Source: a virus
Virus record (IMG/VR): IMGVR_UViG_3300006098_000001
Direction: 5' to 3' (one strand)
Length of the DNA: 64,000 nt
Below are positions 33,369 through 41,785 of the stretch, piece by piece (positions within the stretch are counted from its first letter, which is position 1; each line of letters begins with the position of its first letter). A model generated the notes under the pieces. The model was not told the DNA's origin. It did no database searches and worked only from the letters and a program-made list of their open reading frames with translations. Made by a program: the position numbers and the translations under genes.

Positions 33369-33704
33369 TTAGTACGATAGCGGGTGTTTATACATATCGA
33401 TTGCCTTATCTTTCTTACCAGCCTTCCATGCGTTCATAATTTTTTCACCCATGCAGCTTTCCATGGTATGGAAATAATTGCAACTATAGAAATCAACATT
33501 ACTTTTTTCTTCCTCGGTCAAACTTTCAATTAACGCCTTATGGAATTCCTCGGTTTCACTCAAAGCAATTGCACATTTGGCTTCAATTATCGCTAACGGC
33601 TCGCCTAACTTATAAGCGACGGCTTTCTTCAAATGCAACTTTACTACCCTGTCTAATTCTTTCTTAAATGACTTTTCATCAAAATTTGCATCAAAATAAC
33701 TCAT
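33369..33704 (-). CDS. hypothetical protein
   Basis: ORF track. Confidence 0.55.
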   Translation of the reverse strand: MSYFDANFDEKSFKKELDRVVKLHLKKAVAYKLGEPLAIIEAKCAIALSETEEFHKALIESLTEEEKSNVDFYSCNYFHTMESCMGEKIMNAWKAGKKDKAIDMYKHPLSY

Positions 33705-33727
33705 TTTCTATTTCCTCCAAAAATTTT

Positions 33728-33922
33728 TTACTGTGATACCTTACAAATTCCACATTCCTGTAATGCTTCATTCAATTCTTCAATGCTTACTGGACTAATT
33801 CCAACACTTTCAATAAATTCCTGAACAGTTTCACCAATATGGTCAATTCCACCTGTAACCGTTGCGTCATCTTTTAATTCAATTCCCAAAGTCTTTTTTG
33901 ATAACATTTCTATTTCCTCCAA
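33728..33922 (-). CDS. small acidic protein
   Basis: ORF track. Confidence 0.5.
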   Translation of the reverse strand: MEEIEMLSKKTLGIELKDDATVTGGIDHIGETVQEFIESVGISPVSIEELNEALQECGICKVSQ

Positions 33923-33986
33923 TTCATAAATACCGTTATATCAACGTTTCTAGCATCTGAATTTCTTTATAAAATACATATTTTAT

Positions 33987-34256
33987 CTAATCTTCTGCTT
34001 CGCTCAGTAATTCGTTTAGATTAATTCCAAATGTTATCCTTGGTTTCAAAGCATCAATTTCTTGCTCCCAAATTTCGATACTATTATTTAATTCTTGCCC
34101 AAAATCTACTGCGCTATATTCGTTGAATTGTAGATATTGAACTAATAATTTCTTTGCCTTGTCTAACGTGGTTGCTGTAGTAATGTAATCAGTCGGTTCC
34201 TGCCAAAACTCTTGATGATCGACAATAACAACAACATAAACTTTTTTATTTTCCAT
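33987..34256 (-). CDS. small acidic protein
   Basis: ORF track. Confidence 0.55.
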   Translation of the reverse strand: MENKKVYVVVIVDHQEFWQEPTDYITTATTLDKAKKLLVQYLQFNEYSAVDFGQELNNSIEIWEQEIDALKPRITFGINLNELLSEAED

Positions 34257-34282
34257 CTTTATTTCCTCCGTTTATCTAATTT

Positions 34283-34555
34283 TTAATATTGGGCACCAAT
34301 CAACCACCATTTACTTCCGGGCAAATCTTCATCATCTCGCCAATTTTCTGACTGGCTATCAATAAATGAACGATAATCACTATCGTTTTCATATTGTTCC
34401 TGATCCACTTCCTCACAACCAATTGCTCCATATTCATACCCTAAATAACCAGCATTTACGATTTTGGTTGCTAATTCTTCGTCACCACTAACTTCCCACT
34501 GTACCAACCAATCGAATAAGGCTTTCTGGGTTTTCGTCCAAATTGATTTACTCAT
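34283..34555 (-). CDS. small acidic Trp-rich protein
   Basis: ORF track. Confidence 0.55.
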   Translation of the reverse strand: MSKSIWTKTQKALFDWLVQWEVSGDEELATKIVNAGYLGYEYGAIGCEEVDQEQYENDSDYRSFIDSQSENWRDDEDLPGSKWWLIGAQY

Positions 34556-34682
34556 CTTAATTTCCTCCGTTTATTGAAAAATTCTTTTCGTATCTACCAA
34601 ATAGGAAAAACATATTTTTCTTTAACAATAGTTGTTTGACTAACTGGCATTCCTCCTGCAATACCAACTAATTCATGCTTTT

Positions 34683-34883
34683 CTACACTTTCACCATCTT
34701 CAAGTGGATAAAAGACTCAATCATTTCGTTTTCATCATAGAAACCTTCAAGCTCATTGCCGAACCAATCGCAAACACTGAAATACCAAGACTTACGAATT
34801 AGCTCACCATCAAAGTAGTCGTCTGGCTTAATCCATTTGAAAGTAACTGGATAGTTTTCTCGGCGATAGTGTAATTTCTTCAT
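34683..34883 (-). CDS. hypothetical protein
   Basis: ORF track. Confidence 0.5.
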   Translation of the reverse strand: MKKLHYRRENYPVTFKWIKPDDYFDGELIRKSWYFSVCDWFGNELEGFYDENEMIESFIHLKMVKV

Positions 34884-34910
34884 GATTATTTTCTCCTCAA
34901 TAATTTTTTC

Positions 34911-35135
34911 TTAGTGTTCGATACGTAGGCACCACCAGTAGTTATCAACTACCGCTTGATTGATTACGTCATACTCCCACAACTTGTTGAATGTAAAAAC
35001 TGCGATTGCGTCATTACATAAGCTCGCAATTCTAATACCCTTTTTGTCAGCTTTCGTTAAGACAAGTTCGATAAACTTATCAAGTTTCTTCTGGCTCGCT
35101 TTTGTCTTAAATTCATTCATTTTTATTTCCTCCAA
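34911..35135 (-). CDS. hypothetical protein
   Basis: ORF track. Confidence 0.5.
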   Translation of the reverse strand: MEEIKMNEFKTKASQKKLDKFIELVLTKADKKGIRIASLCNDAIAVFTFNKLWEYDVINQAVVDNYWWCLRIEH

Positions 35136-35162
35136 GTGGTTAATTTATTTTCTGTTCAGTAA

Positions 35163-35510
35163 TTAATAGTGATAATTTCTTTTATTCTTAACGTTGACCA
35201 ATTCAATACCATCAGCACCTTCACCTTGTTGACCCACAATTTTTTGTGATTTATCAGTAGGAACAACAACGAGGTTGTAGTCACCATTGCCTTGGTCGTG
35301 GTACTCAACCTCGAAATTCTGAGTTTTAATAGTGTCGTCATTCTTGAGCGATAAATTTTTCTGTTTGTGACCAATAGTCTTACTAATAATTTTTGCCTCA
35401 CTGTGCATTGTGATTGCGTTTGAGTTGGCTTCATGCTTTGACATAATCCAGCCGGTAACGCTTACGATAGTTGTTAGGGTTAATACGATTAGTGCAATAT
35501 TTTTCTTCAT
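35163..35510 (-). CDS. secreted/membrane-anchored protein
   Basis: MKKNIALIVLTLTTIVSVTGWIM signal/anchor. Confidence 0.6.
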   Translation of the reverse strand: MKKNIALIVLTLTTIVSVTGWIMSKHEANSNAITMHSEAKIISKTIGHKQKNLSLKNDDTIKTQNFEVEYHDQGNGDYNLVVVPTDKSQKIVGQQGEGADGIELVNVKNKRNYHY

Positions 35511-35550
35511 GGTTATTTATCCTCCGAGTGGTTGTATTGTGTGGTTGTGG

Positions 35551-35907
35551 TTAGTCTTCTAATTCTTCGATAGCATCATCAATCGCTTGACTTAATACAT
35601 AGCAACGCAAGGAAACATCAATTGATTCATAGCAATCATCAAGCCACCATTCAGCAGTTTTTTGACGGTCCATAAACCCTTCATCAATTGCTTCGCGGAT
35701 TAAGTCCTTGTTATCATCAACGTATTCCTTGGCTTTGTTGGCGTTGAAAGTATATGATCCTGAGCCATTACCAGTTACAGAATCTTCGATCCAAAGTTGT
35801 TCGTTGAGTTCTTCACGATCAACCTCGTTGACATTGATTTCGTTGTCCTTGATGAAGTCGATTACATCGTTCTTAACATTTTCAAAGTAGTCATATTGTT
35901 GTGTCAT
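35551..35907 (-). CDS. acidic protein (possible DNA mimic/anti-restriction type; speculative)
   Basis: 118 aa, strongly Asp/Glu-rich; first gene after a conserved promoter motif. Confidence 0.5.
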   Translation of the reverse strand: MTQQYDYFENVKNDVIDFIKDNEINVNEVDREELNEQLWIEDSVTGNGSGSYTFNANKAKEYVDDNKDLIREAIDEGFMDRQKTAEWWLDDCYESIDVSLRCYVLSQAIDDAIEELED

Positions 35908-35935
35908 GATATTTACCCCTCAATTAATATATTTT

Positions 35936-35955
35936 AGTATTTTTGTTGTGATTAA
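35936..35955 (-). promoter_or_regulatory. copy of conserved phage intergenic motif
   Basis: AGTATTTTTGTTGTGATTAA, 29 nt upstream of the ATG at 35907. Confidence 0.45.
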
Positions 35956-35970
35956 TAGTGTAAGATTACA

Positions 35971-36183
35971 TTAGTTTAGCAAGTTCGTCAATAGTACCCG
36001 TAGAAGTGGTAAGGTCACTGCAATAACAATAACTGTAATGAATACAGCTAAAATACTGTACTTCTTGAACCTGATTAGCCTTTCGCTATCTCGTTCTAAC
36101 TGCTTAATGTATTCAGGATCAACCAACTTGTAATCCTGTTCAGCGTATTTCTGTAGTTCCTTTTGTGACATCATAATTATCAA
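35971..36183 (-). CDS. small protein with C-terminal TM helix
   Basis: ORF track; ILAVFITVIVIAVTLPLL. Confidence 0.55.
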   Translation of the reverse strand: MIIMMSQKELQKYAEQDYKLVDPEYIKQLERDSERLIRFKKYSILAVFITVIVIAVTLPLLRVLLTNLLN

Positions 36184-36189
36184 AACCTT

Positions 36190-36700
36190 TCTAATTTGCT
36201 TCAGCGGTTATTATTAATCGCTTTATATAGAGTCTTATCGTGTTGATAAGGCTCTCTAAAAACAATTAATAGTGTCTTTTTCACTTTCACAGGCTTAAAC
36301 CAAGGAATATTAGCAAGTCCCTGCTGGTAGTATCACGGTGCCTTTATCTACTATTGATTAGGCGGTTGACGTGGAATCACCTACCCCTACCGTACCGGGT
36401 TATTTACCAACTTTTGATATTGCGGAGTTGTTCTCAGTTCTACTGAAAGATTGAACCGCCGTTATTTTGTTTTCAAAGTTCAGCATATGTTGGTTTGAAA
36501 GTGATTGAGTATGCTCTCGCTCACACTGTCCGCCACCTTAACTTTTAGCTTGAATACAGTTATGGCTTTATCCTGCCCTAGGTGATATATGGAATCCTAC
36601 ACCCTTGCGGTTTATCAAGTTATTATGTTAAGCCTGTTCAGCCCGTTGACTTTTGCGACTTGTTAACGTTTTTTGAATTGGTAACTTTCCAATTAGTTTG
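36190..36700 (-). ncRNA. candidate structured leader/ncRNA (about 500 nt, ORF-free)
   Basis: Downstream of four tandem consensus promoters. Long-range pair GGCGGTT (36361-36367) / AACCGCC (36455-36461) on the plus strand. Duplicated TGGAATC(A)CTACNCC at 36372 and 36591. Many hairpins. Confidence 0.25.
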
Positions 36701-36797
36701 AACAATTTTATATAACATCGTAAGTTATATAAGGATAACCTTTTATTTCTTAATCGCTTCAAGGCTTGCGATTGCCTGCTCCTTTATCGTGTCTTTA

Positions 36798-36826
36798 TTA
36801 TAACTTCCGATGTTATAATTGTCAAG
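36798..36826 (-). promoter_or_regulatory. consensus sigma70 promoter with embedded palindromic operator (P4)
   Basis: Minus strand TTGACA-17-TATAAT. Spacer carries TTATAAC-N7-GTTATAA (36799-36819). Confidence 0.7.
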
Positions 36827-36922
36827 ACTTAATTTTTTGAATTGTAGCGGTTGACCTTGAAGTCAAAGTTAGATACTCAAGTGAACTCACTTTCAATCCA
36901 TTTATTAAGTTTGTGCTTTTTA

Positions 36923-36952
36923 TTATAACTTCGTAAGTTATAAATTGTCAAG
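36923..36952 (-). promoter_or_regulatory. consensus sigma70 promoter with operator (P3)
   Basis: TTGACA-18-TATAAT; operator TTATAACTTCGTAAGTTATAA. Confidence 0.65.
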
Positions 36953-37038
36953 AAGTAAATTTGATTAATTTTTAATCACCTAGGCTAGTTCGATGACTGC
37001 TCTTTATTGTGATTGTCCTAATCAACTTTACGGCTTTA

Positions 37039-37067
37039 TTATAACTTCCGATGTTATAAATGTCAAT
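37039..37067 (-). promoter_or_regulatory. consensus sigma70 promoter with operator (P2)
   Basis: TTGACA-17-TATAAT; operator TTATAACTTCCGATGTTATAA. Confidence 0.7.
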
Positions 37068-37129
37068 ACCTTTTTCAAATTATTTTTGATACCTGGTATT
37101 TATTGCCGTTGTCCTTTTGACGATTCCAA

Positions 37130-37157
37130 TTATAACATCGCAAGTTATAAAGTCAAC
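37130..37157 (-). promoter_or_regulatory. sigma70 promoter with operator (P1)
   Basis: TTGACT-16-TATAAT; operator TTATAACATCGCAAGTTATAA. Confidence 0.65.
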
Positions 37158-37192
37158 TATTTTTTGTAAAAAAATAAGAGTAGTTATAATAA

Positions 37193-37423
37193 CTACTCTT
37201 GTAATTCTTTTAGGCGCTTATCTAATTCAATTTTAAACTCTTTCAAATCACTGATATAAGTATCTCTTATATCTATATTAGATTTTATTAATTGATATAA
37301 TCTTGTTTTAGATGATGGGCGAATAAAGCCCCCCGCCTCACTCTTACGCTTCCAATAGTAAGCTTTATCTGGATTAGCTTTTTCATAATTCTTTTTTGCT
37401 TGTTTTTGTGCTTCACTAACCAA
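37193..37423 (-). CDS. small basic protein (76 aa, TTG start); candidate regulator, paralog-like to 38701..38898
   Basis: AAGGAGGTG RBS. Shares ...K(K/R)Y...(R/Q)KKS.A..F...RLKEL architecture with the 65-aa protein. Confidence 0.6.
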   Translation of the reverse strand: MVSEAQKQAKKNYEKANPDKAYYWKRKSEAGGFIRPSSKTRLYQLIKSNIDIRDTYISDLKEFKIELDKRLKELQE

Positions 37424-37443
37424 GACTTCACCTCCTTTTTACT

Positions 37444-37472
37444 TTATAACATGGTAAGTTATAAGTATTATA
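37444..37472 (-). promoter_or_regulatory. promoter (-10 TATAAT with TG) plus sixth operator copy
   Basis: Minus strand TGGTATAAT, then TTATAACTTACCATGTTATAA between the -10 and the RBS. Confidence 0.6.
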
Positions 37473-37508
37473 CCATACTCAACAGAAATAAAACTACACA
37501 ATCAGTAA

Positions 37509-37537
37509 TTGACTATTACAATACTTAAGTTTAAAAT
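37509..37537 (+). promoter_or_regulatory. sigma70 promoter for the 32-aa peptide gene
   Basis: TTGACT-17-TAAAAT. Confidence 0.6.
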
Positions 37538-37569
37538 TGTTATATCTCCTTGAGTAAGGAGGTGACAAC

Positions 37570-37668
37570 ATGAAACATAATGAAAAAGAAAAGAAACAAC
37601 CCTATAAGGCTTTTTACTTTGAGTGTAGCCTAATAAAGTTATTTCTTAAAATCATCATTATAAAGTAG
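37570..37668 (+). CDS. 32-aa basic/hydrophobic peptide (type I toxin-like candidate)
   Basis: AAGGAGGTG RBS; MKHNEKEKKQPYKAFYFECSLIKLFLKIIIIK; followed by hairpin + T-run. Confidence 0.5.
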   Translation: MKHNEKEKKQPYKAFYFECSLIKLFLKIIIIK

Positions 37669-37766
37669 TGTAATCACTTCCCTGAGTTGTTGTGTGACGG
37701 CTCAACCCAGGGAGATTTTTATTACAATTACATTATATCACAATTTATTGTGGTATTATATATTTG

Positions 37767-37795
37767 TTGATATGATATTACTAGATTGTTATAAT
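37767..37795 (+). promoter_or_regulatory. sigma70 promoter reading antisense into the 31-aa peptide gene
   Basis: TTGATA-17-TATAAT. Confidence 0.55.
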
Positions 37796-37811
37796 ATAGA
37801 TACAAGAAAAC

Positions 37812-37848
37812 CCCTAAAGGTTGTTAACTTGTCCGTTAACCTTTAGGG
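37812..37848 (-). terminator. terminator of the 31-aa peptide gene
   Basis: 11-bp stem CCCTAAAGGTT/AACCTTTAGGG, followed on the minus strand by GTTTTCTT. Confidence 0.6.
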
Positions 37849-37862
37849 CGGTGAGTTATTCA

Positions 37863-37958
37863 CTACTTAATAATAAAGAATTTAAAGAATAATCTTAAAA
37901 GGCTGAACTCGCAATATACAACCTTAAAAGATTGTTCTTTTTTCTTTTTATTGTTCAT
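37863..37958 (-). CDS. 31-aa peptide, paralog of 37570..37668
   Basis: AAAGGGGGTGGG RBS; MNNKKKKEQSFKVVYCEFSLLRLFFKFFIIK. Confidence 0.5.
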   Translation of the reverse strand: MNNKKKKEQSFKVVYCEFSLLRLFFKFFIIK

Positions 37959-38345
37959 GTTCCCACCCCCTTTCCTTAAGGGGTTAAAATAATTTAAACA
38001 TCGTTATTTCTGAAAGTCAATAATTGAAAAAGAAAAAGCCAAAACGCAAAAGTAAAAAACGTTAAGGCTTAAAGGCTTAAAAGCTTACATATTGAGGGAA
38101 CGTGGCGCCGTTCCCTTTTTGTATAATTATCATATCATACTTACAACCCTAACAGAATAGAAAAATAACACCCCTTTATTTTTCTATATAAGGAAGAAAA
38201 AACATAATAAAAAAACGATAAAGAAAAAAATAAATATACATGTTGACAACATGAAGAATTGTGTTATTATAATATACGTAAGCTATTAATATAGTTTACA
38301 AGGCGACACACTAACAACAAATAATAAAGGTTTGAGGTGGTCAAA

Positions 38346-38486
38346 TTGTATTCTATATTGTTGCATGCTGCAACCTTGTTTAGTTTGGTAAGTGGTGGAA
38401 TTCTGGCGATAGTAACATCAATCGAAAAAGTTCTTATCATAAAAGAAAAAGCCCACAAGTCAGATAAGGACAAGGGGCAAAAATAA
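38346..38486 (+). CDS. 46-aa single-TM peptide with Lys-rich tail (TTG start)
   Basis: GAGGTG RBS; (M)YSILLHAATLFSLVSGGILAIVTSIEKVLIIKEKAHKSDKDKGQK; own promoter TTGACA at 38243 and its own terminator. Confidence 0.5.
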   Translation: MYSILLHAATLFSLVSGGILAIVTSIEKVLIIKEKAHKSDKDKGQK

Positions 38487-38505
38487 CTTACATTTATGAA
38501 TATTT

Positions 38506-38533
38506 GGGAAGTGTTGCGACCACTTCCCTTTTT
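38506..38533 (+). terminator. intrinsic terminator
   Basis: GGGAAGTG-(7 nt)-CACTTCCC + TTTTT. Confidence 0.7.
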
Positions 38534-38573
38534 CTACAGTGTTATAATAACATAATAAAAAGGGTGTGACAAT

Positions 38574-38681
38574 ATGAAATGGATCATATTAATTGGTCTA
38601 TATCTTTTCGGGTTTGTTTGTCTAACGGTTGCGATCAAAAAGGCGAGAAAAATATATAATACTTTAAAGCATAATAAATAA
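38574..38681 (+). CDS. 35-aa single-TM peptide
   Basis: AAAGGGTG RBS; MKWIILIGLYLFGFVCLTVAIKKARKIYNTLKHNK. Confidence 0.45.
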   Translation: MKWIILIGLYLFGFVCLTVAIKKARKIYNTLKHNK

Positions 38682-38700
38682 TTAAAATAAATATAGAATT

Positions 38701-38898
38701 ATGGAAAACAAACAAAACAAAACAAGTAAAGCAAAATTACAAGCAAATAAACGCTATCAAGAAAGACATAAAAAAGAAGTTTATCGCAATCAGAAAAAAT
38801 CTAGGGCGAAAAATTTTCTATTGAATGATGCAAGGATTGACGAACTAGAATTTTTTTCTGAATTAATTTCTGAAAGATTGAAAGAATTAAAAAAATAA
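38701..38898 (+). CDS. small basic protein (65 aa); paralog-like to 37193..37423
   Basis: ORF track. Followed by the hairpin GGGTAATGCG/CGTGTTGCCC + TTTTG. Confidence 0.6.
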   Translation: MENKQNKTSKAKLQANKRYQERHKKEVYRNQKKSRAKNFLLNDARIDELEFFSELISERLKELKK

Positions 38899-38929
38899 TA
38901 ATAGTAATTAGGGTAATGCGTTAGTGTTT

Positions 38930-39600
38930 AGCGTGTTGCCCTTTTGCATTGTGGTTATATGATAACGCTTACATAGTGATGTATAGCAGTGTATAGGTAT
39001 TACAGTGATATGTATATAGTAGCGTGCATAGTGTTGTTATGATAGTGATATATAGTAGTGTTATTTGTGTCTGTGTATAGATGTATATAGGTTAGTGAGT
39101 GAGTAGTGTTACATAGTGATATGCATAGTGAAGTAATATGATAGTGTAGTGATGTATATAATGTATTGAGTTAGTAACTGATTTACGTTTGTAGATATTA
39201 GATTGTCAAGGCTGAGAGTGAGTGCGGTGTATGGGGTGTAGTGTGATTAGTATGTTTGATATATGATAATGTTTTCATATGTTATTGTAATGATATAGTA
39301 AGTGAGTAGTATATTGATATGTATGTATTGAGTGAGTAAGTAGGCGGATTGCGTGAGTGTGTTTGGTTAGTTAGTTATTATATTAGGGGTGTGTATTAAG
39401 TTACGTTTGTAAATTTTAAATTGTCAAGAGTGAATTTTTATGGTCTGGGTTTATTATTGTGTTGGTTGTGATATGTATTAGTTAGATTTTATTTATTAGG
39501 GGTGTGGGTGAATTATTGGGCGGTGTTAGGTTAGGTAAACGGTTATTATATTAATTTATTGGGTGTTTGGTGTGGTGTGTGAGTATGTGTGAACATTTGT
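38930..39600. repeat. C-depleted (G/T/A-only) repeat-rich arm
   Basis: About 25 C in 660 nt by hand count. Many (C/G)ATAGTGA(T/A) units. Two copies of TTACGTTTGTA-N8-ATTGTCAAG (39183-39210, 39401-39428). Confidence 0.7.
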
Positions 39601-40085
39601 TCATAGCAGATTATAATATATGAAATTTTGTTCATATGAATTAGTGAAAAGTACCCTACCCAGCCCACCAAAATAAATATATTAAGTTTACAACTGTAGC
39701 CCCTTATAAATAAAATTACCCCTTATCAAAAGATAGGGGCTTTCTTTTTCGATATTAAAATATTCTTGTAACCGTTTACACATAACAACAACTATTATTG
39801 TGTCTTAAATTTGCAAATAGGCGGGGGTTATTTTACTCAAAACGCCTTAATTTTTAGGGAAAATTTTAGGGTAGTTGCTTCACTCACACACCACAAAATT
39901 TTTTCCATTCACCCCATTTCTCGCACCCTATCACCCCTCAAATATCCCAATAAATTAATACCAAATTTAACCTTTTCAAAACTATGAAAATATCTTTCAT
40001 AATCTTTCAACACAATATCCCTACCCATTCCTCTCACCCTTTCCCATTCAACTATAAATAAAGAGCCTAGGAATTACCCTAGACT

Positions 40086-40412
40086 CTAATTCATCTCATT
40101 ATTAATATACTCTTCTAACCCAACTCTGGTCTCGTCATCTAAATTGGCAACATACTCCCTATATTTACTCAAATAGCCCTCATTAATACTACTAATTACA
40201 TATAATATATACCCTTCGTATAGACCATCTGGACACTTTAATAATCGCTGCATCAGTCTCATTAAATAGTAATACTGTTCATCATAACCATCATTCATAT
40301 ATTTATTCTCAAATATATAATATGCAGTCCAAATAATATTATCGTCCCTATTTTCTAAACTGGATATACCCCATAGTTCCTTAATTATAGTATCTAGTTT
40401 AATAATCTCCAC
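40086..40412 (-). CDS. hypothetical protein (GTG start)
   Basis: ORF track; Tyr/Asn/Glu-rich; sits alone in an ORF-poor region. Confidence 0.45.
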   Translation of the reverse strand: MEIIKLDTIIKELWGISSLENRDDNIIWTAYYIFENKYMNDGYDEQYYYLMRLMQRLLKCPDGLYEGYILYVISSINEGYLSKYREYVANLDDETRVGLEEYINNEMN

Positions 40413-41650
40413 TGTCGTTTCCCCATTCTTATATTAAACGTATGTTCCCTTGTTATAATACACGAACGAATGTTCTTTATCAAGTATTATCAGTAAATAG
40501 ATACATATATCGCTTTATAGTACATTTTTATATTTATGTTCTTAATGCCATATACCTAATTATTCTGATTTATGAAAATATTGCGCACCCAAAATAGCCA
40601 TTTTTTGAAACAAAGAAAATTGCCTCTCGCTTTCATAACAATTATTTTCATAAAATTACTCAAAACTACCCTATTTTGCACCCAATAAAATCTTCGAAAC
40701 TCCCTATGAGGAATTCCTCAATTCACAAACTTTCGACTTCTACACAAACAACATTACTGAATTTAATTATACTTTGTGAATTTTTCTTCACTAATTCAAG
40801 AATTCAATTCTAAATAACTAAAATATGAACAAAAATTGTTATGAAAACATCGTTTTATGCATACCTAACTTATTTACGAAATAATCTGTCTTATTGTACA
40901 AAACTAAAAATTCATCATTCTTAATATTTCGCACCCTACTACTCATGTAACTAACCCTATCGAAACTCCCTATTTTTCATTTTGATATTTTTACTCAAAT
41001 CACTGAATTTTTAACCAAAAAAAATGAACTAATACCAAATCCTATTTAATAGGATCTAGTAGTACTTTTTTATAATTATTATTCACTTGAGACATTTATT
41101 AGTACATCTTCGATAATACAAGGGGTTTCAAACATCTAATTCCAGAAAATTTCACAAACTTAAAAAGGGTGCGGGGTATTTTTACTCTAATAACCTATAA
41201 TTATATGTTTCGTATTGGTTCATTATTTCCACTCAGACTATTTTTCATAATTCCGCCGCCATCTATCCATTGTAATAGGAAGAAAACCTCTATTTTCTAT
41301 CACTGCTTTTATTGTCGCTTGTGAAGTCATCAAAAAATGCTGTTTCATTTTTATGTAACTATTCTCGCCTTCTTTTTCTCTTTAAACACAGCCAAACACC
41401 AACGTAGAATGGAGTTAACGGGTCATAAATCAAAATTACATTAATTTATCTAAATCAGCTCTTAGCCCCATTATTCATTGTTCGTTTTGATTATTTATGA
41501 GCAATAATTATGTAGGTCAATTATTAAAACAGCTATTCCACAAGTTCCTTTAAATAAAAAACAGCGACAGTAAATACCACCGCTGAAATAATTACGGATT
41601 ACTTACATAACCACTTACTAATCTTTTTAATTAAATGTTTAACGTGCTTA

Positions 41651-41748
41651 TTAGGCACAATCAATATTATTAGACACCAATGCGTCATAAAGGAGTTGCC
41701 TCCTTTCTGCACTAGTCGGGTTTCCTAAGCCCGCTCAAATGTGCCTAA
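41651..41748. other. about 100-nt multi-hairpin element
   Basis: TTAGGCACA (41651-59) pairs with TGTGCCTAA (41740-48). Encloses AAGGAG-TTGC-CTCCTT and CGGG-TTTCCTAAG-CCCG. Confidence 0.35.
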
Positions 41749-41785
41749 TTATTGTATCATATTTATTTTATGCTATAATATAGTT

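Noticed and set aside
36700-37160. CRISPR array
   Set aside because: The repeats are palindromic operators embedded in -35/-10 promoter hexamers at irregular 105-125 bp spacing. The intervening segments are related to each other, unlike unique spacers. No cas genes are present.
38267-38473. 68-aa minus-strand ORF
   Set aside because: It has no RBS. The opposite strand has a promoter, RBS, TM-peptide ORF and terminator that explain the region better.
39590-39660. Protelomerase-type telomere resolution site (N15-like) at the composition switch
   Set aside because: Only short palindromes of 10-12 bp are present, not a long perfect one. No protelomerase-sized gene is seen in the window. The idea is kept only as one alternative in the finding.
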